Assembly (NCBI GenBank): GCA_964399205.1
Contig: CAYNPX010000001.1
Coordinates: forward strand, 1-41,622
Source of the DNA: an uncultured Butyricicoccus sp.
Lineage (GTDB): Bacteria; Bacillota; Clostridia; Oscillospirales; Butyricicoccaceae
Length of the DNA stretch: 41,622 nucleotides
Direction: 5' to 3'
How positions within the stretch are numbered: the stretch's first letter is position 1; every line of letters begins with the position of its first letter. Under the pieces are notes generated by a model. That model did not search any database and had not been told where the DNA came from. It saw nothing but the letters and a program-made list of their open reading frames with translations. Below, one piece after another: positions 1 through 9,508 of this stretch. Position numbers and translations under genes: made by a program.

Positions 1-435
1 ATCAGCATCGTTGACGCCTCTCTCCGGTCATGAAAAAACTCTTACATGATTATTTACTTACATGATTATTTTAAGGTTTATGCCGCAGCCTACGTGCGAT
101 AAGGATTTTCGCTTCTTCCAAACTGACATAAGTATATCATAGAACACTTGAATTGTCCACATCTAATTTAAGATTTTGTCAAAAATAAACCAAGATACGA
201 CAGGTAACAAGTCAAGCTATCATTTTGGCAAATCATCTGCATCACAAGACAATATCTATCGCTCTCAGTTCAAAATATGTCGCCGTCTGAAATAATAACT
301 ATTTGACAACAAAAGTTTATATCCGGGTATTTTGCGATAGATTCACGTGCCATTGAGGATTATCGCATATGATTTGATAAAACAAAAGTGAATGATACGC
401 ATGATAAAAGACGTTGTTTTTGTGCATTTTCCGGT

Positions 436-612
436 TTACAACCTCCGCACTTCCTTATGGACAAGTGTGTAAAACAGAAAGACCGCCAATAATGCAGTAA
501 GAAAATCAGAAATGGCCTGTGCCATCAAGACACCTACATATCCAAGGACTCTTGAAGTAACCATAATTACGATTGCAACGACCAATCCCTGTCTGCTGAC
601 CAATGATGGAAT
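436..612 (-). pseudogene. C-terminal remnant of a MATE-family efflux transporter
   Basis: SRQGLVVAIVIMVTSRVLGYVGVLMAQAISDFLTALLAVFLF matches the last helices of MATE/MepA-like proteins. No upstream MATE coding sequence; the boundary at 612 is approximate. Confidence 0.65.
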
Positions 613-789
613 ACAGAAGATAAGCAGGACGTATCGGACAAACCGAATGGGACACTGGTTGAATAAGGCCATCAGATGAAGATTGGAATTTTATAGCAAT
701 AAGGTTGTCAGATATGAATATGATTACAAGAGAAATCAGCTGACTGCCTTGTGGGTTATCTGTACACCATGGAAAAGGAGTTGAGCATT

Positions 790-2268
790 TTGAATCGAGT
801 CGATGCAATTTACGCCCGCCAGTCTGTGGAAAAGAAGGATTCTATTTCGATAGAATCTCAGATTGAAATGTGCCGGCACGCAGCTGATCCGGATGCAGTT
901 GTCTATCAGGATTCCGGCTATTCCGGTAAAAATACGCAGCGACCGGGTTTTTCTCAGCTGATGGAGGATGTTCAGGCAGGAAAAATCAAGCGTGTGTTCT
1001 GCTATCGTTTGGATCGAATATCGCGCTCTGTGTACGATTTTAGCCTGTTGTGGAAAACCTTTGATGCAAATAAGGTAGAGTTCTCCAGCATTACGGAATC
1101 CTTTGATACCAATTCCCCAATGGGTCGTGCAATGGTAATCATTATTATGACCTTTGCCCAGTTGGAGCGCGAGACAATCGTGAGCCGTTATACAGCAAAC
1201 CGATATGCCCGGTCAAATTCCGGCGTATGGGCCGGTGGAAAAGCTCCCTACGGCTTCCGCATTGTGAAACAGCTTATAAACGGGAAAAATCAATCTGTAC
1301 TGGAGCCGGTTACAGAACAGTTAGATACAGTATCGTGGATGTTTACAGAGTATTCCAACGGCACCTGTTCCCTGTATTCCCTTGCGAAAGCCCTGAACCA
1401 AAAGAATATCCCCCATGATGGTAAAAGTGAATATTGGTCAGCGCAAAAGGTGCGACGTGTCCTCCGAAATCCGGTTTATGTACGTGCTGATGTGGATGTT
1501 TATTCGTTCTATTATGCCGACAGCAATATCGTGAACGATGTCCATGAATTTGACGGTGTTCACGGCTGTTATTTGACAGTGAAGGGCGGTAAATCTCATT
1601 CAGATGGCGCACGCACACTCTCTCTTGCGTATCACGAAGGCATCGTGCCTTCTGATATTTTTATCACGGTTCAAAAATCTTTGCAGAATAACAAACAAAT
1701 AAAAAATGGCGTTCGCAGCAGTTTTACATGGCTTTCAGGACTGCTGAAATGCGCCGAATGCGGCGGGCGTGTCAATATATTCCAGAACAAAGGAAAAACA
1801 TATTTTCAATGCTATCGCCGCTTTCACACAATTGGTTCCTGTTCTGCTGTCATTCGAGGCAATTCTTCTATGTATGAATCATATGTAGCAGATGCAATAC
1901 AAAATAGAATTGTCGCCCTTGTGAACAATGGTCCAATGGAAGACGTACCAAACGCCCACATCAATGCGCTAAAGATTCAGCTGCTTGAAAACGAAAAGCA
2001 GACCGCCAATCTGATTGAAGCGATTAAAATCGGCGGCGGTGCTGCTATGCGGGCAATTCAGGTAGAGTTACAGAAGCTGGATGCAGCGCACGAAAAAATT
2101 ACCTCGGAGATATCAGAATTGCAGCCGAAACATCGTATTCCGGAAGGTATCATGCTTGTCTACTTTAACAACCTTGATTATGATAGCAAAAGAGATATAG
2201 CACGGGCATTGATTGACCGGATTATCGTCGGCGGTGAAAGCCCCATACAAATTATCTGGAAGTTATAG
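790..2268 (+). CDS. Large serine recombinase (LSR1)
   Basis: Catalytic motif IYARQS, YRLDRISRS, recombinase domain, Zn ribbon CAECG...C...C and coiled coil. RBS AAGGAG (775-780) precedes TTG 790; the ORF track starts at 751. Confidence 0.95.
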   Translation: MNRVDAIYARQSVEKKDSISIESQIEMCRHAADPDAVVYQDSGYSGKNTQRPGFSQLMEDVQAGKIKRVFCYRLDRISRSVYDFSLLWKTFDANKVEFSSITESFDTNSPMGRAMVIIIMTFAQLERETIVSRYTANRYARSNSGVWAGGKAPYGFRIVKQLINGKNQSVLEPVTEQLDTVSWMFTEYSNGTCSLYSLAKALNQKNIPHDGKSEYWSAQKVRRVLRNPVYVRADVDVYSFYYADSNIVNDVHEFDGVHGCYLTVKGGKSHSDGARTLSLAYHEGIVPSDIFITVQKSLQNNKQIKNGVRSSFTWLSGLLKCAECGGRVNIFQNKGKTYFQCYRRFHTIGSCSAVIRGNSSMYESYVADAIQNRIVALVNNGPMEDVPNAHINALKIQLLENEKQTANLIEAIKIGGGAAMRAIQVELQKLDAAHEKITSEISELQPKHRIPEGIMLVYFNNLDYDSKRDIARALIDRIIVGGESPIQIIWKL

Positions 2269-2305
2269 TTTCTATCATATTACAATCAAGAAGCGTCTGC
2301 ATGAA
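2265..2305. other. Putative att junction interrupting the asnO-like gene (crossover near 2285)
   Basis: Asparagine synthetase similarity stops at WFMQTLLD (the family continues RKDRMSM), about 17 bp from the LSR1 stop codon. Confidence 0.7.
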
Positions 2306-3682
2306 CCAGCCGAAATTTAATCGAGTCATCTCCCGAATGCGGCGATCGTCATCGCTATGAATCCCCTCCGGTGCAACCTGCGCAATGGTCTGACGATATT
2401 TCTCATCAACATATTGAGTCGCATCAATTTGCCGCTGCCATTCCTCCCGCAAAAAAGACGCACGGTACTCTGTAGACTGCGCCCATGGAAAACCCGCCTT
2501 GCGGCGAATATCTGCATCACGGTACCAGGGATATCCGCCGAAAATTTCATCCGCGCATTCGCCGGACAACGCGACGGTACTGATTTTCTTGATTTCCCGG
2601 CAGAATAGCAGCAACGATGCATCAACATCCGCCATTCCCGGCAAGTCGCGTGCTTCAACAGCTTCAAATAGCGCCTGCACCAGCTGCGGCGTATCAATGA
2701 TAATCAAATGATTTTTCGCGCCGATCGCATCATTCATCTTCGTAATAAAGGTATCATCACTATTCGGCTGAAAATGAGATTTTTTAAAATATTTTGCGTT
2801 ATCCCGATATGTGACCGATACCGTATCCAATGTTTTTCCCTGCTCCGCATATTCTTTCGCGGCAATGGCGGAAATGATGCTGGAATCCAAGCCGCCGGAA
2901 AGGAATGTGCACAGCGGAACATCCGAAACAAGCTGCCGTTTGACGGCGTCTGTCACAAGTTCCCGCACGTGTGCGACTGTCTGCTCTATGTTATCCGTGT
3001 GTTCTTTATCCTCCAGGTTCCAATATTGCCGCAGCCGCACGCCATCCGCCTGAGAGTAAGTTCCGCACCATCCGGCGGGAAGCTCCTGAATATTGCAAAA
3101 TACCCCATATCCCGGTGTGCGTCCAGGTCCAATCAGCATCAGTTCACAAATGGACTCAAGATCAATTTCCGCATGAATATCAGGGTGTGAGAGCAGCGTC
3201 TTGATTTCTGACGCAAACAAAAAACTGCCGTCTTTATGTGTAAAGAAGAATGGCTTTACACCGATGCGATCACGCGCAAAAAACAATGATTTTTTATGAA
3301 TATCCCAAATAGAAAAAGCATAAATTCCGTTAAACGCATTCAGACATGCCTCGCCCCATTCCAGATAAGCAATCAGCGCGACCTCCGTGTCGGAATGCGT
3401 AGAAAATGTGTGCCCACATGCGCAAAGCTGCTGCCGCAGTTCCTGTGTATTATACAATTCGCCATTATATACAATAACATATTCATCTTCACCAATGCGG
3501 CGCAGCATAGGCTGCCGCCCGCCTTCAATGTCAATAACTGCCAGCCTGTCATGCAGCATTGCCGCACTTTCCCCAAGCCAAATGCCGTTTTGATCCGGTC
3601 CGCGCCGTCGCATTGTCTGCTGCATCCGTTCTAACACCCGTGTTGACGGAATTTCACCTACAAGCCCTGCGATCCCGCACAT
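2285..3682 (-). CDS. asnO: 5' part (466 codons) of an interrupted glutamine-hydrolysing asparagine synthetase, AsnO-like
   Basis: N-terminal MCGIAG (Ntn Cys), RRGPD, NGELYN, LSGGLDSS and SGECADEIFGGY. Truncated before the conserved DRMSM...RVPF block; the ORF runs 10 unrelated codons to a stop at 2252. Confidence 0.9.
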
Positions 3683-3730
3683 AGCTCTGCCTCCATCTCT
3701 ATAAATCCAATTGAAAATGAAACTTCAGTC

Positions 3731-3759
3731 ATTTTATGCTGCAAAACACTGCATTATGC
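3731..3759 (-). promoter_or_regulatory. sigmaE-type promoter of the asnO-like gene
   Basis: Minus strand GCATAAT-N14-CATAAAAT, matching the mother-cell sigmaE consensus. B. subtilis asnO is sigmaE-dependent. Confidence 0.7.
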
Positions 3760-3919
3760 GTCCGCAATTGCGATGTAGTCATAAAGTAGTAGATAAATAA
3801 CCATTCATTGGCATAAATCCGGTGTACAGCGCAAATTATATATAGATTTTTGTGAAATATATACGAAATTCGGGTCGATTTTTAGGGCATTTCCTGTTTC
3901 TGATATGCAGGAATACATC

Positions 3920-3949
3920 TTGACAATTGCAATGAATCGAGCGTAAAAT
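3920..3949 (+). promoter_or_regulatory. sigmaA-type promoter of the ATP-grasp operon
   Basis: TTGACA-N18-TAAAAT. Confidence 0.5.
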
Positions 3950-3956
3950 AAAAGAA

Positions 3957-3997
3957 GGCAAAGAGGCTCCTTTATCGAAGGGTCTCTTTGCTTTTTT
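3957..3997 (+). terminator. Leader terminator/attenuator, possibly ANTAR-controlled
   Basis: GCAAAGAG...CTCTTTGC stem followed by T6, upstream of the first gene. The 5' arm GGCAAAGAGGCT resembles the ANTAR target motif AGCAANGRRGCY. Confidence 0.55.
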
Positions 3998-4044
3998 ATT
4001 TTTATCGCATTATCGCACACTATTTGAAGAAAGGGAGAGTTCCC

Positions 4045-5358
4045 ATGAAGGATATTATTGCTCATGGCGACAATATAAACGTGTTGCTCGCACGTTACGG
4101 TGTAAAATTTGGCATATATAAAAACGGAACGTTTCATGAACAGCTATTTCCGTTCGACCCTATCCCGCGTATTATTTCGGCTGATGATTTTTCCTATTTG
4201 GAACGCGGTCTGAAGCAGCGCGTTGATGCGCTAAATCTGTTTCTCGCGGATGTTTACGGAGCAAAAAATATCATCCGTGACGGCATTGTACCGGAGGATT
4301 TTGTCTTTTCCTCCTCTGGCTATCTTCCGGAATGCGAAGGCATTATGCCGCCTGCCGGAATTTACAGCCATATCTCCGGTATTGATCTTGTGCAGGCGAA
4401 AAGCGGCACATGGTATGTGCTTGAGGATAACCTGCGTATTCCATCCGGCGCGTCTTATCCGCTGATTGCGCGTGAATTGTCCCGCAAGGCCAGTCCGGAT
4501 GCGTTCCGCAGATACGCTGTTCGGGATAACCGCGACTATGCAAACATACTGCGTGAAACAATGGACAATGTCAACCTTGGCGGTATCAACGTGATTCTGA
4601 CGCCGGGACGGTACAATGCGGCGTTTTTCGAGCACTCGTATCTCGCGGAAAAAACAGACAGTGTACTCGCAATGCCGAACGACTTGTTTGTACAGGACTG
4701 TAAACTATATTATCGCGGCGATCATGGTGTGAAACAGCGCGTCGGTGCAGTTTATCGCCGCCAGTCGGATGAGTTCCTTGACCCATGTACGTTCCGAGCG
4801 GATTCTCTCATCGGTGTCCCGAACCTGATGGCTGCTTATCGCGCGGGCAATGTTGCGATTCTCAATGCGCCCGGTAACGGTGTCGCGGACGATAAGGGTA
4901 TTTACTATTTCGTGCCGAAGATGATCCGCTACTATCTGGACGAGGAGCCGATTCTCAACAATGCCCCTACTTATCTGCCGATGTATGAGGAAGACAAAAA
5001 GATCGTTCTGGAAAATCTTGACCATCTGGTCATTAAGGACGTGGCGGAAGCAGGCGGCTACGGCGTCGTATTTGGCGACAAAATGTCCGAGCAGGAACTT
5101 GCGGATTGGAGGGCACTCATCGAACGGGAACCGCGCCGTTTCATCGCACAGGAAGTGATCGATTTCCGCGACCTGGAAATCATTGACGAGGGCAAGCGTG
5201 TCATGCGCAAAGCGGATCTGCGTGCATTTGTGCTCACCGGCGCTGAGACCAAAGTGTGGGCAAGCGGTCTGACCCGTTTTTCACGCAATCCGGATTCATT
5301 TATTGTTAACTCATCACAGGGAGGAGGATTTAAAGACACATGGGTACTTTCTCGGTAG
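4045..5358 (+). CDS. Circularly permuted type 2 ATP-grasp protein
   Basis: Motifs PFDPIPRII, GLKQRV, LEDNLRIPSGASY, NAPGNGVADDK, VNSSQGGGFKDTWVL. RBS GGGAG before ATG 4045. Confidence 0.93.
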   Translation: MKDIIAHGDNINVLLARYGVKFGIYKNGTFHEQLFPFDPIPRIISADDFSYLERGLKQRVDALNLFLADVYGAKNIIRDGIVPEDFVFSSSGYLPECEGIMPPAGIYSHISGIDLVQAKSGTWYVLEDNLRIPSGASYPLIARELSRKASPDAFRRYAVRDNRDYANILRETMDNVNLGGINVILTPGRYNAAFFEHSYLAEKTDSVLAMPNDLFVQDCKLYYRGDHGVKQRVGAVYRRQSDEFLDPCTFRADSLIGVPNLMAAYRAGNVAILNAPGNGVADDKGIYYFVPKMIRYYLDEEPILNNAPTYLPMYEEDKKIVLENLDHLVIKDVAEAGGYGVVFGDKMSEQELADWRALIEREPRRFIAQEVIDFRDLEIIDEGKRVMRKADLRAFVLTGAETKVWASGLTRFSRNPDSFIVNSSQGGGFKDTWVLSR

Positions 5359-6020
5359 AAAAAAGAGACAGCCTTTACTGGTTGGGACGATATACAGAGC
5401 GTGTATACACTACGCTCAAGGCATTTTACGATTATTATGATCAAATGATCGACCTTCGAGCGGACGCTTATAAAAATCTATGCGAGCGTCTGGACATCCC
5501 GAATATCTATGAAAGCGAACAGGACTTTATCCACCGCTTTTTGTTTGATAAGGATGACCCCAATTCGATCTTTACGTCGCTCAATCGATCCTATGACAAT
5601 GGCATTCTGTTGCGCAATGAGATTACAAGCGATTCGCTTGCCTATATTCAGATGTCTCTGGATATCTATGCTGCTTCATCACATTCAGATGTTCCGACGA
5701 TGGCATTGCTTCCGGTACAGGATTATCTGCTGGCATTTTGGGCAAGCATTGATGACAATGTATTCGATCAGCGTGCGCGCAGCATCATCAAATGCGGACG
5801 TTATATTGAACGGCTCGACCTTTATCTGCGCTTGAGCTTTCCGACATCCGCTATCGAACGCGCACTGTGCAAAATGACACCGCGGTTGAAGCAGAGCGGC
5901 ATTGCCTATGATGAAGAAATTCTTGACTGCCTCTATGCACGTGTCTGCGAAGAAATGATGCATGTACCGGGCTGGCGCAGAGAATGTGCGCGCCAGCTGA
6001 TGCAGTTAATCACTGAATAA
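5340..6020 (+). CDS. Alpha-E domain protein
   Basis: SLYWLGRYTER and GRYIERLD repeats typical of alpha-E; overlaps the ATP-grasp gene. Confidence 0.88.
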   Translation: MGTFSVEKRDSLYWLGRYTERVYTTLKAFYDYYDQMIDLRADAYKNLCERLDIPNIYESEQDFIHRFLFDKDDPNSIFTSLNRSYDNGILLRNEITSDSLAYIQMSLDIYAASSHSDVPTMALLPVQDYLLAFWASIDDNVFDQRARSIIKCGRYIERLDLYLRLSFPTSAIERALCKMTPRLKQSGIAYDEEILDCLYARVCEEMMHVPGWRRECARQLMQLITE

Positions 6021-6048
6021 TCATTTCACGATAAGGAGTTTAAAGTGT

Positions 6049-6840
6049 ATGAGAAAGCTGTATTTTTCGCACTGTAAAAAGCTCGAATTTGATACCCCGA
6101 TTATCTCGCACAGCTTTTCCCTGCGGCTGGTTCCTGCAACGGACAGCCGTCAGATCATCTGCGACCTGAAAAAAGATGTAATACCCGCCGAGCATCTGAC
6201 GTCTGTCACCGACGAATGGGGCACAACGATGTGGATTGGAGACTGTTATTCCGCGCACGACACGTTTTCCTACTCTGTTTCCGGCATCGCCTGGGTAAAA
6301 GATACGCCGTATGTCGAAGGAGCGCTGCATCCGCTTTACCGCTATCCGTCCGAGCTGACGCATCCGGGGCAGGCGATTGAAGCGATCTATACCAGTGCGG
6401 AAATTACCGGAGACGATTCGGTTGCGCGTGCACAGCAATGGATGCATCTGCTGCACCGCACAATGACCTATGAGAAGGGCGTCACCGATGTGCACACAAC
6501 CGCTGAGAAAGCGGCAGCGCTTGGAAAAGGCGTATGTCAGGATTATACGCAGCTGATGATCGCGCTGTGCCGCCGCGATGGCATCCCGGCACGCTATGTC
6601 GTCGGCTATCTATATGGAGAAGGCGAAACACATGCATGGATTGAAATTTTCGATGGGAAACGCTGGTGCGGTCTTGACCCTACCAATGACAGCATGATTG
6701 ACAGCGGTTATATCTGCCTGACCAGAGGACGCGATTACAACGACTGCATTTTGGACAAAGGATTTTTCCGTATTCCGGACTGTGAGCCGCATTCCGTAGA
6801 ACAGAAACAGACTGTAAATGTAACAGTTCGTGATCTGTAA
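6049..6840 (+). CDS. Transglutaminase-like protein
   Basis: GVCQDY, PARYVVGYL, HAWIE, GLDPTN, GRDYND. Confidence 0.92.
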   Translation: MRKLYFSHCKKLEFDTPIISHSFSLRLVPATDSRQIICDLKKDVIPAEHLTSVTDEWGTTMWIGDCYSAHDTFSYSVSGIAWVKDTPYVEGALHPLYRYPSELTHPGQAIEAIYTSAEITGDDSVARAQQWMHLLHRTMTYEKGVTDVHTTAEKAAALGKGVCQDYTQLMIALCRRDGIPARYVVGYLYGEGETHAWIEIFDGKRWCGLDPTNDSMIDSGYICLTRGRDYNDCILDKGFFRIPDCEPHSVEQKQTVNVTVRDL

Positions 6841-6947
6841 CCGCTCTCGTCCTACTTATGATCTACTTATAATGATAAAAAAGGATACCATATTGACCGA
6901 CAAGCAGCAGTTTGTCGGTTATTATGGCGTTATGGAGGGATTCAGTT

Positions 6948-7910
6948 ATGATTCAAGAAGTCGTATCCGTTGGTTTACCGGTTGATGAACGCTGGAAGAT
7001 CATCAAGAACCGGTTCGAGCCGGAAGAAGGTATCCGACCCGACACGAAACGTATCTGTGTGATAACAGGTACGCATGGCGATGAGCTGGAAGGGCAATAT
7101 GTCTGCTACGAGCTGGCACGCCGAATCAACGAGCACAAGGAGCTTTTGCACGGTATTGTGGATATCTATCCGGCTCTGAATCCGCTGGGCATTGATTCCA
7201 TCACACGTTCTGTTCCGATGTTTGATCTGGATATGAACCGTATTTTCCCGGGAACAAACACAGGAGCAACAACAGAATATGTGGCAGCGCAAATCCTGCA
7301 GGACATGGCTGGCGCTGATATGAGTATTGATATCCATGCATCCAACATCTTTCTGCGCGAAACGCCGCAGGTACGTGTCAACGAACGGTCTGCGGATGTT
7401 CTGCTCCCCTATGCCAGACTGCTCAATACAGATTTTGTCTGGGTTCATTCCTCCGCGACAGTTTTGGAATCAACTCTGGCATACAGCCTGAACACGACGG
7501 GTGTTCCCTGCCTGGTCGCAGAAATGGGCGTTGGTATGCGTATTACACGGAAATATGGCATCCAGCTGATCGATGGTATTTTTCGCATCATGTGTGAGAT
7601 GGGTATCTGGTCCGGCGATGCGCCGGAGGTGCGCGATCCGATCATTTCCCGTGATCGTCATGTCAGCTTTGTCAATGCGGAAGCATCCGGTATTTTTGTT
7701 CCGGCGATCGAACATTGGACGCATGTCGATAAAGGTGAGCACATCGGCGATATTGTCTATCCGGCTACCGGCGAGATTTTACACAATATCAAAGCGGCGG
7801 TAAGCGGCAGGGTCTTCACGCTGCGTGAATATCCGGTTGTTTACAGCGGTTCACTGATTGCACGCATTCTGGACGATGAATATGATGAGGAGGATACTGA
7901 AAATGAATAG
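6948..7910 (+). CDS. M14 family succinylglutamate desuccinylase/aspartoacylase-like peptidase
   Basis: GTHGDELEG, DMNRIFPG, DIH Zn motifs and a C-terminal biotinyl-like repeat. RBS GGAGG. Confidence 0.88.
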   Translation: MIQEVVSVGLPVDERWKIIKNRFEPEEGIRPDTKRICVITGTHGDELEGQYVCYELARRINEHKELLHGIVDIYPALNPLGIDSITRSVPMFDLDMNRIFPGTNTGATTEYVAAQILQDMAGADMSIDIHASNIFLRETPQVRVNERSADVLLPYARLLNTDFVWVHSSATVLESTLAYSLNTTGVPCLVAEMGVGMRITRKYGIQLIDGIFRIMCEMGIWSGDAPEVRDPIISRDRHVSFVNAEASGIFVPAIEHWTHVDKGEHIGDIVYPATGEILHNIKAAVSGRVFTLREYPVVYSGSLIARILDDEYDEEDTENE

Positions 7911-8838
7911 AGAAACACTGTTTGATCTTCCCTCTCCGTATCGTGACACGCTAAACATCACCGGGTATCGGTTTGGTCGTGGCGAAAAATCCGTCTGCAT
8001 CGTCGGCGCAATGCGCGGCAATGAGGTGCAGCAGCTATATATCTGTTCGCAGCTGGTACATACGTTGGAACGATTTGAAAAACGCGGCTTACTTGTCAAA
8101 AATAACGAGATCCTTGTCATACCCTCTGTCAATCATTATTCTATGAATATCGGCAAGCGCTTCTGGGCAATGGACAATTCGGATATCAACCGGATGTATC
8201 CGGGCTATGATCGCGGAGAAACCACGCAGCGCATTGCTGCCGGCGTGTTTGAAAAAACACAGGGATATCGGTATGGCATTCAATTCCCTTCGTTTTATAT
8301 GCCGGGCGATTTTATCCCGCATGTCAGAATGATGGACACCGGTTTCCAATCCACATCTCTGGCAAACCTGTTCGGTCTGCCTTATGTGGTAATCCGCAAG
8401 CCGCGGCCATACGATACCGGTACGCTCAACTACAACTGGCAGATCTGGGATACCAATGCATTTTCCGTATATACCAAGGAGACTGACCGCATTGATGAGG
8501 AATCCGCGCGGATAGCGATTGTTTCTGTACTGCGTTTTCTGTCCCGCATGGGTATTTTGAAATATCATTGTCACAGTGGTTACATTGCCTCTATCCTTCA
8601 GGAGGATGAGCTTCGTGCCGTACAGTCCCCGTGTGGCGGTATTTTTATGCGCAGCAAACACCCGGGCGATGAGGTGTCCTATGGTGATGAATTGGCGCAA
8701 ATCATTCATCCACTGGAGGGTTATGTCATCAACCGCGTATATGCTCCCTGTGACGGCATTATATTTTTCTCACACTCTGCCCCATTGATCACTGAACAGA
8801 CAACCGCGTTCCGTATCATCCGCCGCCTGCACGGCTGA
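7903..8838 (+). CDS. Second M14 ASTE/ASPA-like protein, probably catalytically degenerate
   Basis: GAMRGNE replaces HGDE, DINRMYPG is present, and QFPS replaces DxH. Overlaps the upstream paralog. Confidence 0.8.
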   Translation: MNRETLFDLPSPYRDTLNITGYRFGRGEKSVCIVGAMRGNEVQQLYICSQLVHTLERFEKRGLLVKNNEILVIPSVNHYSMNIGKRFWAMDNSDINRMYPGYDRGETTQRIAAGVFEKTQGYRYGIQFPSFYMPGDFIPHVRMMDTGFQSTSLANLFGLPYVVIRKPRPYDTGTLNYNWQIWDTNAFSVYTKETDRIDEESARIAIVSVLRFLSRMGILKYHCHSGYIASILQEDELRAVQSPCGGIFMRSKHPGDEVSYGDELAQIIHPLEGYVINRVYAPCDGIIFFSHSAPLITEQTTAFRIIRRLHG

Positions 8839-8997
8839 TGATTTCCTCCCGTATTGGCACTTTTGGGGTCAATCACTTTTTCCTTAAAGTGGATAACGAG
8901 GTTCTGTCATTTTGAAATTGAAAAAGAAGGGTCATCCTGTATGACTGGATTGCATCCTGCCCGATGGAATAACCCAATCAAAGGGAGACCCTTCATC

Positions 8998-9144
8998 ATG
9001 AATCCTATCCGAATCATGCCGCCGGTCAACCGGTTTTTGAGAAAGTTACGCATCCCGTCCTGTCTGTACGGGTTTCACAACCGCAGGACGACAGAGGAAC
9101 CGGCTCAAATTTCATCTAAATCCCTTCGGCAATTCATGAATTAA
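8998..9144 (+). pseudogene. Possible truncated Spo0A-C-terminal-domain-like small protein
   Basis: RBS AAGGGAG. VNRFLRKLRIPSCLYGFH resembles the start of Spo0A_C (LHELGIPAHIKGY), and the resemblance ends near 9079. Confidence 0.35.
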
Positions 9145-9315
9145 ACACTCCGGAAGCGGCGGTACTTCATGCTTAAATCTGTCGGGATCCTCTTCGCAAT
9201 CATATCGGTTGTCCAATGTAAAGCGAAATACTCTGCCTTTGTGCTTCCATGCATTCCTGAGTTTATCCGGTTCACGTTCCATCAGCACACGTAAAATTGC
9301 TTCATAACGTACCAT
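9112..9315 (-). CDS. 67-aa hypothetical protein divergent from LSR2 (candidate recombination directionality factor)
   Basis: Strong RBS GAGGTGA before ATG 9315. Function inferred from position only. Confidence 0.55.
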   Translation of the reverse strand: MVRYEAILRVLMEREPDKLRNAWKHKGRVFRFTLDNRYDCEEDPDRFKHEVPPLPECLIHELPKGFR

Positions 9316-9508
9316 GTAATCACCTCATCATCCTCATCATTCTATATGCAGCATTGTTTGTCTCATTTCGTTCATCGTGTCATCTCCCTCAAATCTCGCC
9401 CGATTGTCTGAGCACTCCTTGTACGGTGCAAATAATCGAGAAAGTTCCGGATGACTATATTCAGGTTCTTCTGGAAAACATAAAATGAATCGGAAGGGAG
9501 TAATTTGT

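Noticed and set aside
41-71. Tandem duplication CTTACATGATTATTT x2
   Set aside because: Only two copies with no spacers, so not CRISPR. Context lies outside the window.
9068-9110. Partner att site for LSR2 (inversion or small excision)
   Set aside because: Joining piece 2 here gives no family-like continuation in the frames tried, and stops follow quickly.
9479-9486. CATAAAAT as a sigmaE/sigmaK -10 element for LSR2
   Set aside because: Identical to the asnO -10, but no -35 at the proper spacing, so not called.
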